The notes: a model not told the origin generated them from the sequence alone. A DNA stretch of 64,000 bases from Octopus sinensis (GCF_006345805.1 NC_042997.1:178994001-179058000); one strand, 5' to 3'; positions 1 to 13,210 are shown, counted from the first letter of the stretch. Numbers and translations are program-made.

Positions 1-399
1 AACGCATAATCAACTTCGATCTTTTTAGATATTTCATTTCACGATTACATCACTGCACATAAATCACCTGACTAAACAACTTTTTCGAAACCCATTTTTT
101 GTCTGTACATATATATTCCCCCCCCCCACCGAAAGCTGAACAGATATCTCCCTTACCCACAACAATTAGAATAATAACGATAACCAATTACCTCCAATTA
201 CTTTTCTACTTGTGAAGTCATTCACTCGTAAATATCATCACACACAACATGGACAAAATTTCTTCTTAAGAAAATACATATTCAAATAAGTAAACCATAA
301 TATCATGAATAGCGAAAGCGAAACCGGTCAATATATTGAAAAATTTTATTAAAACTATGTAACGTGTATGTATTTTCCTTTTTTAATTCCTTATGTGTG

Positions 400-498
<99 letters not shown>

Positions 499-1587
499 AG
501 TATATATGAGTTAGAGGTTAGACAACCATCTAAGGGATAATAATTATCCAATATGCCACTGGATGTATACCTAAATATATCCAAAAACTTACTGTTGCAA
601 GGCAATAGTGCAATCAAATAATAGACATGTGAGGGTAAACCGAAGTTTAACCAGAATTTATAAGGCAAAGAAGAAAATGGAGAAGATCATAGATAAATTG
701 ACTAACATCAGCTAGATCCATTTATTAATTAATTACAATCATATGAATATGAATAATTTAAAAGAATAAATAAGAATAAATGAGTGAATATAACTCTACT
801 CGTACACAAATTTCTACTTTGTGGTTCCAGCATGCCATATTTGACACATCATACCAATATTATACAAAGATTATACAAAATTGAGCAAGAATTGGATAGA
901 AATCAGACAAAATGTGAACCCCAGGGCTTCATAACAGAGACCATAAAGGCAAGAATTAAACAATAGTATAGTATTTGATTTAAATAAAATGTGATCTCAT
1001 AATCTCCGAGGAAATATCTTCATTTATATAGAAGATCAAAAATAAAATCGCAATCGACAAAAAGAGAAACGAACACGTAATCCAGCGAGAAAAGTATTGA
1101 AAATAACCGTTAATAGATATGGATGTATAAGCTGCATGGCATGAGTGCACTCGCTCATACAAGCATCCGTAAAAATGTAAACATACGGACTCATGATCAC
1201 ATGAGTGCACATAGCTTCACTATATACCGAAATTAGAAACAGGAGTTAAAAATTCCTTTTCTACTGCTATAAGAATCTCCATGACGGTAAACATACTTTT
1301 TACGAAGGCAAAGAGCAAGGAAATTAATCAACAAGACAAATATTAATTATATACGCGTTTCGAGATTGAAGTAATTTAAATTTTACATACTTCTCTGTTT
1401 AGTATAATATTTCCGACTTTTATAAAATTTGAAAATGCTAGGGCTGAATATGTACACAATCGAGCGTCATCATGTGACAGATATCCAACCAACACTTCAC
1501 AGATTTAGAGAGCCGAATGTGAATACACTATTCAAACACTATACTTACGTGTATGCTACGAGCAATACCGCAGAAAACTGCAGTAAT

Positions 1588-1661
1588 CTATCATGGAGTA
1601 TCTACATTAGACATACATCTTATTTGGGAAACCTCCAAATTATAGGACGAATCTTCTTACG

Positions 1662-1697
<36 letters not shown>

Positions 1698-1774
1698 ATA
1701 TATACGTAAAAAGATTCGTCTTTTAATTTGGAGGTTTTCCAAATAAGATTTCTAATATAGATTCTCCATGATAG
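1588..1774. mobile_element. Palindromic MITE-like element: ~70-bp inverted arms around a (TA)n spacer
   Basis: Left arm 1588-1661 (ctatcatggagtatc...gacgaatcttcttacg) is the reverse complement of right arm 1705-1774 (cgtaaaaagattcgtc...ctccatgatag), with a few mismatches and one small indel. A related solo arm lies at ~9514-9562. Confidence 0.7.
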
Positions 1775-1909
1775 AATAAACCATATATATATATATATGT
1801 GGATGTATACATATATATATATATATATACAAACATATATATACAAATATATATGCAAACATATAAATAAATATGAAAGACTTGGAGTTTCCCTCTGCGT
1901 GATCCACGA

Positions 1910-1995
1910 ACAAGTCTTGCCCAGAGTGCTGAGCAGTGGGACTAAGTCCGGAATCATGTGGTTAGGAAGGGAACATTGTGCCACACAGTCATGCT
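1910..1995 (-). mobile_element. Degenerate 5' fragment of the microsatellite-core SINE (family A)
   Basis: Similar to the head of the full copy at 17145-17560 (cttgcccag..gtgc...gcagtgggactaagtccggaatcatgtggtt...ccacacag). Confidence 0.55.
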
Positions 1996-3327
1996 TGTGC
2001 TTATACATTTACACTACACAGCGACACTCATGAGATATCCCATACTAACAACGTCTGTTCGGTGTATTTTTATACGTTGCATGTGTGCTGCGGAGTGGAG
2101 CCAATTAGTACGCCTGGTACCAAGCGCATCAATAACATAGACAGACTTAACTATTTTGCATTGCATTACTGAATATAAAATCGGACATATTTCCCAAGTG
2201 TCCAGTAAATTATCCATTTAGATACTCAACTGACGCAAGCATAATAAAACAGTTTCAGAAAGATTGCAACAGGAAATTATTCGTTCCGAGCATGGCGTTA
2301 CGTACGTTTGGAGTATATATATATATATATATATAAAGCTCTGTTTCTACTTCCATGTACGTGTGTGTATGCGCGGGCGTTCTTGCGCATATATGTTTAT
2401 ATATATATATATATGTGTGTACGTGAACGAGTGCATATTCGCATGCGTATGATTGTGGATCGGTGTGTAGATGCACATTAAAGCAGAGAATATGTGAGAC
2501 GAGTAATATTTAAAAAAAAAAAAATCACACACAAAAAATGTAATGTGTGCAATTCATTACGGTGATTGGTTAGAATGATATTTCATAATGTAATTTCCAT
2601 TGCGAAGTCGTAAAATGAAAAAAAATAATAATAATAAATCAAATAAAAATATAAAATTATGAAAAAATATACTACATGTGTTGTAAAGAAGTATCAATTT
2701 GAACATATTGAAATTTTATCCGTTACGGTATACAACCCAGCAAATAAATTATTTCAATTAACATGAATTTTAACTCGGAAACGTCTAGGTTCACACGCGC
2801 ACACACACAAATGTATATCACAGCAAGTCATAATTAATATGATTGATGAAATATGACCTAAAAAACGTAAAATGAACAAATAAAATACTAGTAATAAAAT
2901 TCATCTAGTGATGACATAATTTTAGTTTTTTAATAATAATATTTCCATGTTTGCTAATATTTCTGGAAAGCTCCCGCCATTCCTCCGATCCAATTTAGCG
3001 TGGTGGAAATGAAGCTTGATCGATTGCTAACCTTAGTTCAACGGTCTATTTTGAAGACACCTGCACATCCATCCTTGGAGACAAAAAAGAAAAAAAAGGA
3101 GGAAAACCTCGGACACTAAATTCCAGCCCTGATCAGCTTACCTTCCAGTGAAGCCTATGAGGTCGTTCCTGTTTGTTCCGAAGTGGACTAGTCAGGACAG
3201 CAAGCCTGAAACAGACGTGTACATCTAATCCGTAAATCTCTCGCAAAGCCAGACCATCAGGGACACTAATTTACTATACTGTTACTTCGACTAGCCTCAG
3301 AAAAATTAAGATGTTCGACGAACTATA

Positions 3328-3893
3328 TTGGGTTGTCCGGAAAGTTCGTGCCGATTTTTAAAGGAAAGAAAAAGGTCAATAAATACTTGCCATTACGTTT
3401 TTAATCAACTAAATATGAAAGATTTTGTTGCAAAATGCCTCTCCATCTTTCCTTTAACTTGAAAATGACCTCTCCGCAGAATTAAGGTCATTTCATGGGA
3501 AAGAATTCATCAAGTTATCTTTTTACGTCATCCAAGGAATTGAAATTTTTACCATTAAGACTATTCTGCAGAGACCTGAATAAGTCGAAATCCGAAGGAG
3601 CAATATCGGGTGAATATGGAGGGTGGGGTAACACATCCAAGCCGAGCTGTAGCAATTTTTGTCTGGTTCCCAAAGCATCAAGTGCCGAAAATGAACTTAG
3701 TTATCTTCCATTTTAAAGGATTACAGAATTAACACAGGTTATAGGAACATAAACCTTCTTCCACGCAAAGATAGATTAAACTGTTCTCTAAATGGAAGTG
3801 TAGTCAAATTCTATTTTATGGATTCAACCATGTTCTTAAATAAGTCGAAAGGTAAGCTACTATAAATCGGCATGACCTTTCCGGACAACCCAA
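3328..3893 (-). mobile_element. Internally deleted mariner (DD34D-type) element with both TIRs
   Basis: TIRs ttgggttgtccggaaagttcgtgccgattt and aaatcggcatgacctttccggacaacccaa, each flanked by TA (3326-3327, 3894-3895). Transposase remnant inside. Confidence 0.92.
3401..3711 (-). pseudogene. Mariner transposase remnant (N-terminal stub fused to the C-terminal third)
   Basis: Minus strand reads MEDN*VHFRHLMLW, then in another frame TRQKLLQLGLDVLPHPPYSPDIAPSDFDLFRSLQNSLNGKNF...KERWRGILQQNLSYLVD*. YSPDIAPSD is the mariner catalytic motif. In-frame stops are present. Confidence 0.9.
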
Positions 3894-4635
3894 TATTATG
3901 ACGTTTAAATTCTGTTTTGTTTTTCTTTTTACATTCTCAGATAAAATGCAATCGATGCTCTTAACATTAAACTTTGTGAATGATATTTAATACACAGAAA
4001 CTGCACAAAGCCATTCTGAGGTATCACCCTAATTTTCAAGTGGCAGACTTAATCCTTCGCCCAATGTAGCACCACTATTTGGTCCTTAGATGCCATTAGT
4101 GAATGTCATTTTGTTACAAGTGTTAGGGTCCCTCGTTCGGTTTGAGTAACACATCATCTTTTTATCGCATTCATATTCAAGATTCTGAGGCCATCATGTG
4201 CATCGCTTTTTCATATATAACTAAACCATAAAACATCTAAACATTATCAAACAATGAGGCCTATTAAAATGGAAACACCCTTCGTCAAAATATTTTCTGG
4301 AGTATCAAGAGAACACGCGTGTGTTAGGGCAACACGGCAAATAGCACTGAAAACATGTTGCACTCTCAACAGACAAATATCCAGAAATTTTTTTAAAGGA
4401 GTTAGTCGAATAAATCGACAAAAGTACTGAGATACTCTTATCTATAGTCTCCGAAAGGATAAAAAGAATAATTGAACTCGGTAGGTCTGAAACTCAAGAA
4501 TGGTTTGTGCATTGACTAAATGCCAGAAGATACATTTGCCTGACGCTGTAAGTATTCTAGTGATCTATTCCAATATATTAGTGCCAAGCGCGGCAGCGTA
4601 GCGTCATAGTAACGAGCGATGTCGATGATATCAGC

Positions 4636-4698
4636 TTGATCCTGCCAGTGGTCATAGGCTTGTCTCAAAGCTCAAGCCATACAAGTGTAAATTCATAC
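4636..4698 (+). pseudogene. Fragment of the 5' end of 18S rRNA (not a functional gene)
   Basis: ttgatcctgccagtggtcataggcttgtctcaaagctcaagccatacaagtgtaaattcatac matches the universal eukaryotic 18S start (TTGATCCTGCCAGTAGTCATATGCTTGTCTCAAAGATTAAGCCATGCATGTCTAAG). About 9 mismatches in 63 nt against a recalled generic metazoan sequence; similarity then stops. Confidence 0.85.
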
Positions 4699-5541
4699 GT
4701 TACCGGAGCTGGATTTGAATATACCGAGTATGTTAGAATGCCGGAATATATCCTATAAAATATATACTTATATCCCTTCATATTTCGAATTCCCATTGTA
4801 CTTTAAACAATTTCACATTTCAAACTTAATAATGATTGCATTGCATTGCTCGTTATGCACTTGACTGCACCTCTTATCTTCAGCTAAATTTGTTCATTCA
4901 TTCCGCAAGAAAGAGTAGCTAAAATCACCTCCACATATAGTCTAATTATTTTAAATAGGAAAGAAATATTGGATAATGTAATCATAGTTATATTAAATGT
5001 GATGAGAACCGCAGGAAAGATTCAGAGGAGTGTAAACAGCAAAATACCTCTTACACCATTCTCTACCAAAGAAAGTTGTCATATATTACAGTAAGAAATA
5101 ATTACTAAGTTTGTTAGAAAAGATCAGTATTATGTAAAGATGGCGAGACGTTTCGTTTTAAATATACGTAAAATATGCAATTTTATTTATCGAGAGTTGA
5201 ATTTTTTATACATATAAACAGTGGCGATATGTGTGTGTGTGTGTGTGTGCGTGCGCATGCGTAATGGATATATTGCCTTCGGTGAGATAGACATTTCTTA
5301 ATGTTTTCAGAAACCAATGCCTGGCAGATTATGTTTATTGTCGGTGTAGGTAAACGCCATCCACTTCTTATCAGTCAATGAGGATGTCTTAAAGCAGTCA
5401 CTTGTTTTGCTAGAAGCAACTGCTAAATATCCCTAAAAGACAAAAACCCGTCTCCTTGTACCGATGTTAAAATAGTAAAGACAGGCTGGGCAATGTCATC
5501 CCAGTAATACAAATCAAAGGGAGGGGGAGAAGAGTGCGAAT

Positions 5542-5766
5542 ATCTATTTCTTTACTACCCACAATGGGCTAAACACAGATGGGACAAACAAGGACAGACA
5601 AACGGATTAAATCGATTATATCGACCCCAGTGTGTAATTTATTGACCTCGAAAGGATGAAAGGCAAAGTCGACCTCGGCGGAATTTGAACTCAGAACGTA
5701 ACGGCAGACAAAATACGGCTACGCATTTCGCCCGGGGCGCTAACGTTTCTACCAGCTCGCCACCTT
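5542..5766 (-). mobile_element. tRNA-derived SINE, family B (Nin/Inv-domain-like centre)
   Basis: Minus strand head ggtggcgagctggtagaaacgttagc, B box gagttcaaattcc, centre gaggtcgactttgcctttcatcctttcgaggtc. TSD aagagt(g/a)cgaat at 5530-5541 and 5768-5779. Very similar to the copy at 35259-35490. Confidence 0.9.
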
Positions 5767-8700
5767 AAAGAGTACGAATGTCGTTGATGAGCTCAACTAA
5801 AGAGGACATGAGGATAAAGAACAATAACACCTGAACACACATACACATACATACACACATTTATATATATTTTTACATACACTACAACAGGCGCACATAC
5901 AGGCACACACTCACACACATACATACATACATGCGTTATCCATCACTCACGTATGTGTTTGGTAAAATGACACGTCTCTGAAGAGCGATTCGCTAAAATA
6001 TAGTTTTAGATTTTAATTCTACTGTGCGCTACAGGCAAAAGAGAAGATGGTATTATCTCGTTACTATATAAGAATGGATACTCGACATGTAGTCCTGGAA
6101 ATATGAGCAAGAGTAAACAATAACCATTTCCACCAAGAATTTACAGAATTTATTTACAGCATACAAGTCTGTGTCGCACTATTCTGATTTCATATTATCA
6201 CCGAAGCAGATTACGTGTTTCTTGCTGTAGAATATTAGCATAACCACCAGTAATACACTTGTTTTGTATCGGTGGACTGTATTTAACGTCTCTTGCTCAG
6301 AATAGTTTTTGCTGCGATTCCATTATTAATACTGTAGTTTAACGTGTGTATGCGTGTTTTTCAACTGTTCGTTGTGTTCCGTATTAATCAAACGGGTTTA
6401 ACGGCACATAAATACAGATATAAGCAAATGTTATTACATAGAAAAGTAACGAAGATATAACAAAATAACAACCCTCTACCGAATAACAAGTCTGTAAAGA
6501 AAGCAACAAAAACATAGGAAAACAACAACAAAGCCTACTATTTCCTGTAACTAGCTGCATAATAGTTGCTATCTTTAACATACATTATTAATCACAGAAC
6601 AAAAGCACGGCAGCAAAGCAGCAAAAGACAAAGCATTCAACTATTATAAACGGCAAATAAATCGGCCAATTCTATTCAGGAGACGCAGCACGTCCATACA
6701 CAACCAGGAAACTATATTTATAACATATAATCATGTTCTTACTAAATCACAAGTGGCATTTCTTTTTGATAGATACCATTGATTTATGACAAATATATTT
6801 TTCTACTGCTGTTTCAGGTCTCATAAATGTCCGTGTAGTCTACCATAACGTCTATTTAATGATTTAACCTTATTACAACTGATTCTCGTCTATCATTACG
6901 CATTTACGAACAGCAGCCTGTATTGTTTTTACTCTTATACACATATATTATATATCCGTATATAGTTATATCAATAAAATGATATCGTCTCTTATATAGT
7001 GCACGTAAGTGTAAGTACTATGCAAAGCAATTGAGAGTAAAATCAGCATTATTTTACTCCACAAATGTTTTTTTTCTTATTGATGGAATGGCAATTATAT
7101 TTATATACGTCTAGAACACAATGTTGAGCTCAAATACATTTAATCTTTCAATGAATTAAAGTATCTCGCTTATACGTCTACATAGTGATTTTAGTTTCGA
7201 ATTTTATATTTCATATTTTTGATAAACAGATTCAATCGTTACTTCGGTTATAGATTCGAATAAGTCAGTGAGTAAATATAAACACTATTATGGGAAATAT
7301 ATGTTTTCGTGCATGTATCTGGCTTTGTAGCTTTTTTTTTACTTGAAGAGTGTGGCAGAAGTACCTTTAGATCTTTGCAGGCTCTCTTAAACTGATATGC
7401 TTCACGTTGTTAATGTTCTGTTTAAACTTGCAGGCCTTACACATACAGAGAAAACATGAAGTGTGGGTGTGGAATCCATATGGTCAATGTCCTTGGGAAG
7501 AAGAATTGGGCATACTGTTATGTAGAATGGAGATGTGCGGGCGAATCAGGTGTGACGAGAGAAGAGTTTAATTAAAGGGATACCTGAATGGTGGAGGATC
7601 GAAAGAAAAAAGCAGAGTCTATTGTAGTGGTGTTACAAAAGGTGGGAGCGAAAGAGAGTGATGAATCAACGTTACTTACTACAAAGCCAGTAATTTATCG
7701 ATTTCGAAAGAATGAAATGCTATGTTTATCTCGGCGGCATTTTAACTCAGACCGTAAACATCTTGAACAAATAACGCAATACATTTTGTTTGACATTCTC
7801 ACAATTTAACCACTTCACTGGTTTGTGAGACTATGATACTACAATATGTTCCTTCGAAAGTGCCTTCAAATCATCACTTCGTCAAATCACGCTATGCTAT
7901 GTAAAGAAATGTAGAACTCATTTAGTAAGTAACTTTGTCCATGGATGTAGTTTGCTGAGACGAAACTATCGGATATTCTCAGTTAGGTATAAAAAAAAAA
8001 TCAATGGATGGCAGAATCGGTAAAGTCCAAAGTCATTTGTCATTGGCATTTTCTTTTGATAATTGCCAGGTCGATGAAATACATATTAATCAACTACTTC
8101 TCCGATTAACCAAAGGCACACCCCCAACTACGGATTCTGTACATATGCCTGTATTATGGATCAATCTTTCGGTCTGTGGTTTATTTAAAGGCGTTATGGT
8201 ACATTACCATTAAACATTAAATCAAGTTAGATAGGAACTACTGTTAATGCTTAATTTTGTGTGTGCCTGATAGAGTAGATGTATGATCAAAGACATTTCG
8301 CTCATAATTTTGTTTATTATATTGGAAAAAGGCGTATAGTCTATTTTGTTTTTGGATGATAGTAGGGTGTGATTTAGAGGAAAGGATTAGGGTCAGCTTT
8401 TAACCAAACAGAATGAACTAGCATTGTTAATTTTGTAAGAAATTTTTCATAGAAATAAATAAATAAAAGACGACATTAGATAAGTTGTATGTATACATGT
8501 ATATACGTACATATATATATCAATGAATACGCGCATACATATATATATATATGAAATGTATGTACATGTATGCATGATACATGCATGTCCCTAGGGAGAA
8601 AGTTCCAGAATATAGTTAATTAAATATGTAGGTATGCTTGTGATAAATGGACAAATATGAATCACACCAGATAGGAAGGTGATTAATTAAATTGTAATTT

Positions 8701-8971
8701 AGTGACAATCCTTGTTCTAAATTCCAAATATCATAATCCTTACACAGTATTTGTGAGATAAATCAATGGGCTTGCAGGTACTAGGTAGATACGTATCGGA
8801 ATAAAGATAAATTAAAGGTTGTTTCATGTGGTGAGAAATATAAGCAACGTAGGAATAGTGGTGTGACATGTTACGCCAGATGTTGCTTGTTACAACTCAA
8901 ATTAAATACTCTTTATTCAAGGAGTGAACGTGCATCATACACAGACAGACGCATAGAAATATATACACAAG

Positions 8972-9043
<72 letters not shown>

Positions 9044-9589
9044 TTCATGCATAGAAGCATACATTCTTAGAAACATACAAGAGGACAACTATGGACCATT
9101 GAAACGGAGTTTGCAAATCCTATATCAAAGATTCCCTTTCAGTTTCATACCTGTTATTATTGAAGCAAGAGAATAAATGCCATCTCATTTGAGGCAAAGA
9201 ACGGTTGAACTTGGAATATTGGGCGCATCTGCAAAACATCAGGGATGACATAGATACGTACACACATATGTATATATATATATACATACATATATATACA
9301 TATATATATATTTATACATATATATATATACATATATACATAAATATATATACATATATATATATTTATACATATATATATATACATATATACATAAATA
9401 TATACACATATATGTATATATATATACACATATAAACATATATATATATTCATATAAATATATATGTATATATGTATGTGTGTGCGTGTGCGCTCGCGTG
9501 AAAAAGTTCTATTAGATTCGTCCTTGAATTTGAAGGTTCCCAAACAACGATTTCTATTAGAAATTAATCATATTTTGCTGGTAGCTTAC

Positions 9590-9960
9590 TGGAGCATTTA
9601 GCGAATATGAATTTAATGCTAAATGTCTGTGTTACTGTTAATCTCCTTGTCCTGTCTTTTACTGTTTATATTTTGTACTGTTTTTATTGTCCTGTTTTTG
9701 TTACCATTTTTACTCCTCCGCAAAAAATCTCAAATTTAATTTGCTCTTTGCGGGTAAGAATGTTTCAAGAAGTCGTGTCTCGCCTTTACTTTCGAAACGC
9801 GGAGTAGATGAAACGAAGGCGACTGAAGAAGGGGAATTTTCCTTATATTATATGTCCTGTACTCTATTTTTTCGTTGTTTAACAAAAATGTCCATTTCCT
9901 TGGCTTTGTGTTTATGTTTTCGTTTCTCATTGTGTTCGACGGTTTTTTGGTGTCCTGTAC
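9590..9960 (+). mobile_element. Probable non-autonomous Penelope-type repeat end with a partial hammerhead-like motif
   Basis: T-rich tracts flank GTC-helix-CTGAAGA-helix at 9777-9844. The layout resembles the 12519-12720 element. Confidence 0.35.
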
Positions 9961-10545
9961 CTATACATGCATGTATATATACATGTAGATGTAGGTACGT
10001 ACATATATGTATGTATATATGCATATGTTTTATTTATTAATTTGTTATTATATGACGGAACGCACGCATCCATTTCTAAGTAAGTTTTTTCTTAATATAT
10101 ATATTGATATATATATATGCATATGAATATAGTTCATGTTGATATTTTATGCACGTATACGTATATGTATGAAAGTTCAACGCCAGATTGGAGTGCACTT
10201 TAATCTCACTATATTCTACATACAATACTTTGTCACATTTCTGCAACATATTCAGGAAAAGTGTTACTTTCCCTTACGCAGCTATTTATTCAGTCGTGTG
10301 TCGAACACGGAACCACGTGGTTGTGAAGCAAACGTCATAACCATTCGCATATAACCTCGATTAAGATTTGTTTTAGAATCATTTGTGTGTCAAGACGGGT
10401 CTTCGAACGCAAAAAAATAACATCAATAACGTAGTACATTACAAGAGAATATTTATCTCGATATTTTACTGAAATGAGAGACACACATATACACGTAACT
10501 ATAGATAGTAACTATATATGTCAATATTTAAAATCATGTATATAA

Positions 10546-10599
<54 letters not shown>

Positions 10600-10912
10600 G
10601 TGTGTATATGTGTATATTTAGGTATATCTAGAATAAGTGTGGAAGACATGCGTATATAATATTTGTGGAAGCCGTGCATTTATAAATTTTATGGAAACAC
10701 TAACACACTTGATTATATAGAGACTTGGAGATATAAATTTGGAAACATACAGATAAAAAACAAATAACAAAGAAAACATAATTACATTTGGGCAAAATTT
10801 CTGTCAATATAAACAGAAATGCACACAGAAACACACACTCAGAAACACCACTCCCACACACAAACGAACCGAAGTATATACGTATGCGTGCACATACATA
10901 TACACACGCTTC

Positions 10913-10943
<31 letters not shown>

Positions 10944-10968
10944 TAGTAACTATGTATATATGTGTATG

Positions 10969-11018
<50 letters not shown>

Positions 11019-12229
11019 CATATAATATCTGTATATTTACATGTGTGTATATATTGAATCGTATATACATGTTCATCAATATACTTACGCACAAAGATTC
11101 ATTTACTAACACCAATACGTATATATGTCCACATAAGTACACAGTCACATTCTTCCAGGCATATCTAGAAAATTTAGCTCTCATCGTGGAACTTTCATAA
11201 TTTCGTTCACGCATCCTTTTTACTTTTCTTGCAAAGTCACTTTGTTCGGAATAAAGAGCACTTTATTGATTTAGTGTTCTTTATTCGAAAATGATAGAGT
11301 TCCTCAATCGATTGGTACAATGGAATACATACAAATAGATTACAGATATACAAAATAGATAACTACACGTATATATATATACATCTGCGCACTCAGACCT
11401 TCTCTGTCTGTCTCAGTGACACACATATATGCGTATATTTATGCAAACACTATACACACACACAAACACACGCACACACACATATAAGTATTCCAAAACA
11501 CACGCAAATATAATACACATACAAGGAGAAAGTGATACATATACAAAAATAGCGGACACCTACATACACACACATAAATTATTATTAATATTATTATTTT
11601 ACATTTATGTGTGTATATACATATACATACATACACACACATATATATATATATATATGTATGTGTGTATGTGTTCATGCATCTATCTGTCTGACGATAT
11701 GTCTATCTATCTCTCTATATATGTGTGAGTATGTATGTGTCTGTTTGTGTACATGGTAACTCACATCATTCCCAGCATCAACATATTATTCCTTCGTTCA
11801 TAGATTGGACTTATCTTTTATACAGAGATACACACACATAGTTTGGAGTAAAGTACTTAATAGCCGAACATATAACAATTTCATTACAACACATTACGAT
11901 TTCATATACTCTTAAGTGATTCACCTAGGAAGGGACCTAAAGCGTAAGTTCGCAAAATTCAGTTGAGTACAGGTATAGATTCGATAAAAATAGAAAGGTG
12001 TATGTATTCAAAATTTCACGTCCTTACAATTGTTTCTACGAACAAATAATAAATGCCTCTTCATCAGAAGACCCGTTGTTCAAAATGACTGACGAGAAAG
12101 AAATAGAAAAAAAAAGGAAAATGAAAAAGGAATATGACAATATGAAACAGCTACCATACTTGTATAAGTGAATAAGTTAATGAATTATCAGCGACAGAAA
12201 CGAAAGTGTGTTCCTTCACGTAGGCCTGC

Positions 12230-12266
12230 CTGCCTGCCTACCTACCTATGTGTTTATCTATCTATA

Positions 12267-12305
<39 letters not shown>

Positions 12306-12322
12306 GTATCTATCTATCTATG

Positions 12323-12362
<40 letters not shown>

Positions 12363-12510
12363 AATGTGTTTATCTACTTATCTATCCATCTATCTATCAA
12401 TCTATATATCTATCCATCTATCTACGCGTTTATCTACCTATCTATCTACCTATTTATGTGTTTATCTGCCTATCTGTCTGTTTATCTATCTACCTATATC
12501 TATCTACCTA
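12230..12510. repeat. (TATC)n tetranucleotide microsatellite, degenerate
   Basis: Directly visible; source of the YLSI/IYLS ORFs. Confidence 0.95.
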
Positions 12511-12518
12511 TATTGTTG

Positions 12519-12720
12519 GATCGTTAGCCCCTACACACAGTTTTTTTCTCTCCTTGTTTCTCTCCTGGTTTCTTTTCTGTGTATCTTTCTGTCGAAGAGC
12601 GTAGGCTCGAAACGTAAAAGACTTGTTTTATTTCTGTTCCTGAGCGCCATACTAATACATTGTTTGTTTGTACTCCACCTGCCTTCGCCTTTTATTTATT
12701 TTCGTAAACCTTCCCCTATC
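12519..12720 (+). mobile_element. Short non-autonomous Penelope-type element (family P1) with a minimal hammerhead-like motif
   Basis: Homologous to the minus-strand copies at 44215-44394 and 45475-45654 (gatcg.tagcc.ctacaca...gaagagcgt.ggctcgaa...aaagac...taatacat.tgtttgtt...ccacctg). Motif at 12584-12621. Confidence 0.7.
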
Positions 12721-12756
<36 letters not shown>

Positions 12757-13210
12757 AGTGTGTGTGTCTCTACCTACATACCTACCTACCTACCTAGTCA
12801 CTCACACACACACGCTTTTCTGTATGCAATCGAATACAGATTTTAGATTCGTTTTTGGCTAGTCATTACTATAGCGTTCTTGCATACAAGTGTGTGGACT
12901 GCTATATATTTTTTCTTTTCCTCTTTGTTCCGTTACCTTAGTATCTTTTCATGTCAGTTAACTCTTATTGAGAAAATATATCATTCGGCGACATATTTTC
13001 CGCCAGAAATTAATCCTGCAAATTTATCCGGTATCTTCCGCATGTTATAATGCGCTACTTCAACTCTATCTGGAGTTAAACGGACAAGAAAGCGAACAGA
13101 CATATGTGCATCGGTGTGCGCGATTAATGTGGGTATATAGTTGTGTGGGTATGTATGTGTATGTGCGCATATACAAACTCAGAAACATACGTATGAATAT
13201 ATGTGTATAC

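Noticed and set aside
505-600. Minus-strand YPLDGCLTSNSY resembling the Penelope CPLDGxCLTxNxxY linker
   Set aside because: Suggestive but too short, and the flanks gave no further recognisable motifs.
1429-1595. RFREPNVNTLFK...ENCSNLSW resembling the C-terminal RT region of CR1/L2 LINEs
   Set aside because: Similarity is too weak to call by eye.
5311-5349. 39-bp plus-strand exon candidate (TNAWQIMFIVGV)
   Set aside because: Plausible splice sites, but no homology, it lies next to degenerate repeat sequence, and such matches are expected by chance.
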